32,000 bases of DNA from Okeania sp. Lineage in GTDB: Bacteria > Cyanobacteriota > Cyanobacteriia > Cyanobacteriales > Microcoleaceae. Below are positions 26,707-32,000 of the stretch, one piece after another. Position 1 is the first letter of the stretch. Each line of letters starts with the position of its first letter. Position numbers and translations under genes: made by a program. A model generated the notes under the pieces. It did no database searches, had not been told where the DNA came from, and worked only from the letters and a program-made list of their open reading frames with translations. Where the stretch lies: contig NZ_JAYKGW010000017.1 of NCBI RefSeq assembly GCF_035285525.1, forward strand, positions 21,969 through 53,968, in the 5' to 3' direction.

Positions 26707-27719
26707 TTGATATCACATCTGATTGTTTTTCCACCTTGCTGAAGAGAATCATTCAAAGCACATAGTATTCCTACTAACTCAGCACCAACCCAACCAGAAG
26801 AAATTTCTGAAATAGCATTCTGACTGATACAATTGAAAAATTCATTGCACACTTGAGCTAAAGGTTCAGCTTTTTCGACTGCCACAACTTCCCGACTTAC
26901 ATCTGCTGCTTTCCAGCGATCGCTCATATATTCTAAATGACCATGGTGAATAATTAAAGGTTGTTCGGCTGACATTTCATCAAAAATTAATGTTCCTTGA
27001 CTACCGACTACTCCTAAACGACGTTGTTTATCAGGGTTCAGCCAACACAAATGTAAAAATGCTTGAAAACCACTAGAATAAATCAGTTTAGCTGTAACTA
27101 AATCTGACTGTGGTGGTTGTTGGGGAAGCCAAACCATACCATTCGCTTGTACTTCTACGGGTGTTTCCTCTAGCAAACTATTAAAAATACAAATATCGTG
27201 AATCGCTAAATCCCAGAGTGCATCAACATCTGCACGGACAGGTTCAATATGAGTCCGGGTAGCATAGCCATAACGTAATTCTCCTAACTTACCTTCAGTG
27301 ACTATGGTTTTTCCAGCTTGGACAACGGAATTAAATAAATAAGTGTGATCGACAAAAAGTTGACGTTGTTGTTGTTCGGCTAATTTACATAGTGCTAGTG
27401 ACTCTGAATATTCCAAAGTTAGAGGTTTTTCGGAAAAGACATGATAACCTTTTTTCAGAGCAGCACTAATAATTTCGTAGTGGGTAGAAGCGGGAGTGGC
27501 GATCGCTGCTGCTGCAATATCTGGTAGCTCTAATGCTTCTTGCCAATTTTCTTTGAAGACAATATCTGGAGTTAGTTGCAACCGCTCTTGAATTTCTTTT
27601 AATTTTTCTGGGTTAGGGTCTACGATAGCAATAACTTGAGATTGAGGATGGTTGAGAAAGTTCCGAATTAAGTTAACTCCCCAACGACCTGCGCCAAATA
27701 TCACAATTCCTATTTTCAT
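26697..27719 (-). CDS. Gfo/Idh/MocA-family NAD(P)-dependent oxidoreductase
   Basis: 340-aa ORF with the N-terminal Rossmann motif MKIGIVIFGAGRWG and the EKPL motif (VFSEKPLTL) typical of the family. Confidence 0.85.
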   Translation of the reverse strand: MKIGIVIFGAGRWGVNLIRNFLNHPQSQVIAIVDPNPEKLKEIQERLQLTPDIVFKENWQEALELPDIAAAAIATPASTHYEIISAALKKGYHVFSEKPLTLEYSESLALCKLAEQQQRQLFVDHTYLFNSVVQAGKTIVTEGKLGELRYGYATRTHIEPVRADVDALWDLAIHDICIFNSLLEETPVEVQANGMVWLPQQPPQSDLVTAKLIYSSGFQAFLHLCWLNPDKQRRLGVVGSQGTLIFDEMSAEQPLIIHHGHLEYMSDRWKAADVSREVVAVEKAEPLAQVCNEFFNCISQNAISEISSGWVGAELVGILCALNDSLQQGGKTIRCDINRT

Positions 27720-27862
27720 AAATTATTAAATATATTAGCTAGTTTCTCACTTGCCAAATTTTGATAATCAGTTACCATTAACTGGTGTTTCCAGGCTATC
27801 ACATTAAAATTAAGATGTCGAATCTTTGCCCTACTCCCTACTCCCTACTCCCTATATTTTAT

Positions 27863-28615
27863 TTAATCTTTTTTCGTTTTCTGATCTGGTTTTATATTCT
27901 CTGTTCCTGACTGCTGTAAGAAATCTAAAGCAGATTTAGCTGCTGCTTGCTCTGCAGCTTTAATAGACGGTCCCTTACCTATACCAAGTTTTTTCCCTTT
28001 AAACCAAACTTCTGCCACGAAACGTCCCTGATCGCCATGAATTTTATTTGCTTCCTGAACGTGATAATGTGGTAAGGTTTTATATCGACCTTGAGTCCAT
28101 TCTTGCAGAGCAGCTTTATAATTTTGGCGAGCTGGATCGCTACGAACTTCTGCAATTAATTTTTCAAAATGATTATCTAACCAGGGGCGGATTAATTCTA
28201 CATTATTGGTACTTAAATAAAGAGCAGCCAAAACAGCTTCAAAAGAGTCTGCTATTCGAGACTCTTCACCAGCTTTATCCCCTGCTGCACTTTTGGATAC
28301 CAATAAATAGCGACCCCATCCATATTGATTGGCGATCTGTGCTAAAGAGCGATCGCTCACTAAAATGGAACGAATAGCAGCAAATTCTCCTACAGTGCAA
28401 TGAGGATAACGTTCTAAGAGTAATTCAGCAGCAACCAGTCGGACTACTGCATCTCCGACAAATTCTAATTTTTCATAGTTATTTATTGATGAAACTGTAG
28501 AGTGGGTTAATGCCAAGTCTAGCAAATCCCATTTAATTCCACTGTGCTGAGAAATAGATAATTTTTCGACTAAAGATTTAAGCTGCTTTTGACGGGGATG
28601 ATATATTTGAGTCAT
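27863..28615 (-). CDS. rnc: Ribonuclease III
   Basis: It has the RNase III signature NYEKLEFVGDAVVRL, a second catalytic block DSFEAVLAALYL, and a C-terminal dsRBD (YKAALQEWTQ ... GKGPSIKAAEQAAAKSAL). Confidence 0.95.
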   Translation of the reverse strand: MTQIYHPRQKQLKSLVEKLSISQHSGIKWDLLDLALTHSTVSSINNYEKLEFVGDAVVRLVAAELLLERYPHCTVGEFAAIRSILVSDRSLAQIANQYGWGRYLLVSKSAAGDKAGEESRIADSFEAVLAALYLSTNNVELIRPWLDNHFEKLIAEVRSDPARQNYKAALQEWTQGRYKTLPHYHVQEANKIHGDQGRFVAEVWFKGKKLGIGKGPSIKAAEQAAAKSALDFLQQSGTENIKPDQKTKKD

Positions 28616-28724
28616 CTACAAAAAATCGGTGGTTTAAAAATCCATTCTAAATCTAAAGTAATAAAAAATGAAGCCAATTATAATACTAAATACATCATGG
28701 AAATAGGTAGAATCAATAATTGAC

Positions 28725-29112
28725 ATACTCCCGACCCTCTCCCTACGGGAGAGCGCGGGATGCTTGAGCCAGATCAGCTCTGACCGCAGTTTTGACATAG
28801 AGAGGTGATGTCCTCCCCCTGTGTTGATAATAATCCTATCTTTTGTATTAGGAGCGCAGACTTATAATCTCTGTCTAATTCTTGCCCACATCTGGGACAT
28901 GAATGCCAGGGATCCGATAAGCTTTTAGAAACTTTATTCAAGCATTGCCAACAATATTGAGATGTGCCTTTTGGGTCTACGCGCGATAATTCTCTCTTTA
29001 TATCTACATTAGTTATTATATCAAAACAAGGACAAACAACACAGACAAAACCAGGCTTTCCCATACGACGCTCTCCTCCGGAAGAGCGCGGGACTTCCCG
29101 CCGGGGGAGTTA
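28725..29112 (-). mobile_element. tnpB: Deletion derivative of an IS200/IS605-family element: tnpB C-terminal remnant flanked by two related subterminal hairpins (PATE-like)
   Basis: The ORF at 28774-29064 encodes RVDPKGTSQYCWQCLNKVSKSLSDPWHSCPRCGQELDRDYKSALLI, the TnpB zinc-finger/RuvC-III region. Both flanks carry a hairpin followed by CGCGGGA: CGCTCT-CCTCCGGA-AGAGCG plus CGCGGGA at 29069-29093, and CTCTCCC-TAC-GGGAGAG plus CGCGGGA at 28737-28760. Confidence 0.7.
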
Positions 29113-29138
29113 ATTTTTTTAATTCTACCCAACTCAAA

Positions 29139-30986
29139 CTAACCAATAGGCGATCGCCCTTCTGCTTCTCCAAACCTAACATAATGTTCTAACCCATTAA
29201 TAAAAGTTCCATTGTTCACTGCTTCTAATACACCAGGATTACTATTCAAATAAAATTCTTCATCAAAAGCAAACTGAGGTGATCGCCCTTCAAAAAATCC
29301 ATATTCTAACCAATGCTCAAAACCACTCTCTAATATATTGTTTATTATGGCAGCAGCTACATCAAGATTTTCTATTAGATAAAGATTTTCATCAAAACTC
29401 TCAGAAATATTGGGAGTCGGAATAACTGGAGATGGGTTATTAGTAGCGAGTTTAGCAACAAAAACGTCATTTGTTGTATCCACATTATCAACTTGACTAA
29501 GTTCCAGAGAAGGTGCTAATGGAAAAGTAGGGATAGTGAAACCTATGAAATAAGCATTACCAATTTCATCTACTGCAATATCATTACCAAACAACCCAAT
29601 ATTGTCATTTATCCGGAAAGGAATAGAATACTCTACAGTTTGACCATCATTAGATATTTTACTGACAACAGTATTGGCAAAGTTGTTGTTGTTAATAATA
29701 TAACTATTTTCTTCAGCATCAATATCTATACTCTCAATAGACTCGAAGTTTTTTGTGCCTAAGTAAGTAGCATAGTCAAGGTTGTGATCGCTATTAATTT
29801 TAATTAATATTCCATCACTTTCGCCTCCACCAAAAGTATTTTGCATAGCATTAAATGTAGGAAATTGACCAACTGGAGGTACTACCGCATCTCCCCCAAT
29901 AATTTGACTACTGGAATTTCCTGCTACATAAATATTACCAATATCATCTACAGCAATACCATTACCAATGTCTCCATCTACTCCACCATAATAAGTGGAA
30001 AAAATTAAGTCACTACCATTATTATTAAGTTGAATAATAAATACATCTGCGTCTCCCCCGATAGTATTTTGTACTGCATTTAAAGTTGGAAAATCTAAGG
30101 AACGAGTTTCACCAGTAATATAAGCATTACCATTATTATCTACAGTAATATCTTGACTTATTTCTGTGTCATTTCCACCAAATAAAGTTGAGTAAATTAA
30201 CTGACTTCCATCGGCAGATATTTTACTCACAAAAGCATCTCGATTAAATTCAGTAACTAGGGTATTTTGTAGAGCATTTTCAGTAGTCGGAAAATCACCA
30301 ATTCCCGGAATAGGTTGAATTGGAAAACGGAGTGTTGCGCCAGTGTCTCCTGTTATAAAAGCATTACCATTATTATCTACAGAAATAGCATTACTAAAAT
30401 CGTTATCTTGCCCACCTAAATAAGTAGAATAAAGAATTTTACTACCATCATTAGATAGTTTAACTACAAAAGCATCACCAGAAAAGTTACCACCACCGTA
30501 GGTATTTTGCAGAGCATTTTCTGTTGGAAAGTCAACGGAATTAGTGTTGCCAGTAACGTAAATATTTCCGGTTATATCTACAGCAATATCTGTACCATGA
30601 TCATCACCACTTCCACCTATATATGTGGCATAAATTAGAGTTCCATCAGGAGAATATTTAGCCACAAAAGCATCGCTAAGACTCAATTCATTATTACCAC
30701 CTAAGCTATTTTGTACAGCATTTGGGGTAATAGGAAAATCTGTAGAATTGGTACTGCCAGTTATATAAATATTGCCTAGATTGTCAATAGTTATTCCGGT
30801 TCCTGTGTCTTGGTTAATACCTCTTATTAAGTCGGAAAATTCTAAAGTTGGATTATTGGTTGTGGGAATTTGAGAAGCTTGAGTGAAATGATTGTTAGTT
30901 AAATTTTCATCTGATACCTGTAACAAATCAGGTATTGATATTGACTGTGAATTTATAGATGGTTCATCAAACATAATTTGTATCAA
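29139..30986 (-). CDS. SBBP (beta-propeller) repeat protein with a duplicated C-terminal EGRSP motif
   Basis: 615-aa ORF with about 8 repeats of the pattern G.DIAVD..GN.YVTG.T.S.DFPT.NA.Q...GG...DAFV.K....G..L.YSTY.GG. The C-terminus has two ~40-aa copies, FDENLYLIENLDVAAAI..GFEHWLEYGFFEGRSP and FDEEFYLNSNPGVLEAV..GLEHYVRFGEAEGRSP. Confidence 0.85.
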   Translation of the reverse strand: MIQIMFDEPSINSQSISIPDLLQVSDENLTNNHFTQASQIPTTNNPTLEFSDLIRGINQDTGTGITIDNLGNIYITGSTNSTDFPITPNAVQNSLGGNNELSLSDAFVAKYSPDGTLIYATYIGGSGDDHGTDIAVDITGNIYVTGNTNSVDFPTENALQNTYGGGNFSGDAFVVKLSNDGSKILYSTYLGGQDNDFSNAISVDNNGNAFITGDTGATLRFPIQPIPGIGDFPTTENALQNTLVTEFNRDAFVSKISADGSQLIYSTLFGGNDTEISQDITVDNNGNAYITGETRSLDFPTLNAVQNTIGGDADVFIIQLNNNGSDLIFSTYYGGVDGDIGNGIAVDDIGNIYVAGNSSSQIIGGDAVVPPVGQFPTFNAMQNTFGGGESDGILIKINSDHNLDYATYLGTKNFESIESIDIDAEENSYIINNNNFANTVVSKISNDGQTVEYSIPFRINDNIGLFGNDIAVDEIGNAYFIGFTIPTFPLAPSLELSQVDNVDTTNDVFVAKLATNNPSPVIPTPNISESFDENLYLIENLDVAAAIINNILESGFEHWLEYGFFEGRSPQFAFDEEFYLNSNPGVLEAVNNGTFINGLEHYVRFGEAEGRSPIG

Positions 30987-31332
30987 ATTAAATTTTGGTT
31001 TTACTGTGAAATTCGGCTATCCGCTTAACTCAAGCTTTCTTCCTTCTTCCTTTTTATTTCTTCCCTACTATATCACAATATTTCTATATCTAGTAAGATT
31101 ACCTTAATAGTTAATAGTTAATAATTAAGAGTTGATCGTGAAGAATTATTCATTCAACAATTCACGCCTGGAAGTCTCCCTTATCCTAGGGGATAAATCA
31201 AAAATTTTCATAATTAGTCAATCCCCTTCTTTGAAGAAGGGGTAATTATTAATTATTAATTGTTCATTATTAATTTCTGAAATCTAGTTCTTATACATCT
31301 TTTATTTTTATATTCTAAATTATTTATATAAA

Positions 31333-31612
31333 TAGGACTGACTGATTAAATATAAAAGTATTCATAGGTGCAAGTAAGTGCCTTTTTAGGGTCTGATTTT
31401 TTGGTAACCATAAAAGTTAATTTTTTTGGCTATTCAGATTCAAGAATTGATAATTTTAGGCTAATTAGGAGATAAAAATTAAGGAAATATTTTTTTAACT
31501 ACTCGCTCTATAACTACCCTAAATTATCACTATGGAGGGAGGTTTTATACAACTTCCCTACTACCTATCTCAAGAAAAAGACTTTCCATAAGCAAACCCT
31601 AAATAGATTTAG
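31333..31612 (+). mobile_element. MITE-like element, family D (CCATAAGCAAACCCTAA-tail subtype)
   Basis: The head is TAGGACTGACTGATTAAAT and the tail is GACTTTCCATAAGCAAACCCTAA, the same tail as at 14097-14117 and 17826-17848. The interior is related in reverse complement to about 5380-5440. Confidence 0.55.
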
Positions 31613-32000
31613 TTAATATTTAAAAATTAGTTTGGAAAACAAGATTTGATATGATTTCTTTTTTCACAAAACTGTTTCCTTCTACTTCCTCTAGATAATT
31701 CAAACCTTCTTCCTTTTTACTTCTTATACCAATTACCATCAACTTTGCTATATTTGGTGATTTTGCCTATGAAAAAAGTTATTTTCCCAGCTTCTAAGTA
31801 TAGCAATATTTTTGATAATTAGTATTATTTATTACTTATTACTTCTTTTTAACCTGAGCATTTTAAGCTAACTAAGTAGGTAGGCGGGAAAATTTATAAC
31901 TATGTAACGAAAAGTTAAATCTAAGTTCTAGAGTTAAATTTAATACGCTCTGTACTGTACTCTCCTCTTTTTCCCCTAGCTCTCACCCCATTCATAACCG

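Noticed and set aside
1-32000. Search for tRNA, rRNA, tmRNA, RNase P, SRP RNA and riboswitch signatures
   Set aside because: By eye I found no T-loop GGTTCGAA-type cores with matching acceptor stems, no rRNA-like conserved blocks, and no recognisable riboswitch cores. An Infernal/tRNAscan run would be needed to be certain.

Overview
This is a low-GC (roughly 35% by eye) cyanobacterial chromosomal segment. Taxonomic signals are about 11 HIP1 octamers (GCGATCGC), many 7- and 8-mer tandem STRR-like repeats, and a cyanobacteriochrome phototaxis operon. I cannot name the species. Low GC with very low coding density recalls Trichodesmium or another repeat-swamped filamentous cyanobacterium.

Gene content (minus strand unless marked):
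- A tax1/pix-type phototaxis operon: a PatA-type response regulator, a CheY-like regulator, CheW, a 1307-aa MCP with five bilin-type GAF domains, and the first 35 codons of a CheA-like kinase.
- A 66-aa stand-alone MshEN-like ORF.
- An orphan Tat-lipoprotein polyamine-type solute-binding protein (+).
- gmk and remA.
- An NFACT/RqcH protein (+).
- A decayed TnpB gene (+).
- PAPS reductase cysH (+).
- A plant-type protoporphyrinogen oxidase hemY.
- A small conserved cyanobacterial protein.
- An orphan sensor histidine kinase (+).
- A Gfo/Idh/MocA oxidoreductase.
- RNase III.
- A second TnpB remnant.
- A 615-aa SBBP beta-propeller-repeat protein.

Only about 57% of the window is coding by my tally. 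The rest is saturated with at least three MITE-like repeat families that abut or overlap gene ends. I saw no rRNA, tRNA or CRISPR array.

The most interesting non-genic signal is a helically phased array of five cyanobacterial-type DnaA boxes at 23312-23385. I found no clear multi-gene novel system such as a defence island. The strongest second-look items are the DnaA-box array, the minimal MshEN protein next to the phototaxis operon, the unusual five-GAF photoreceptor, and the MITE-gene junctions.
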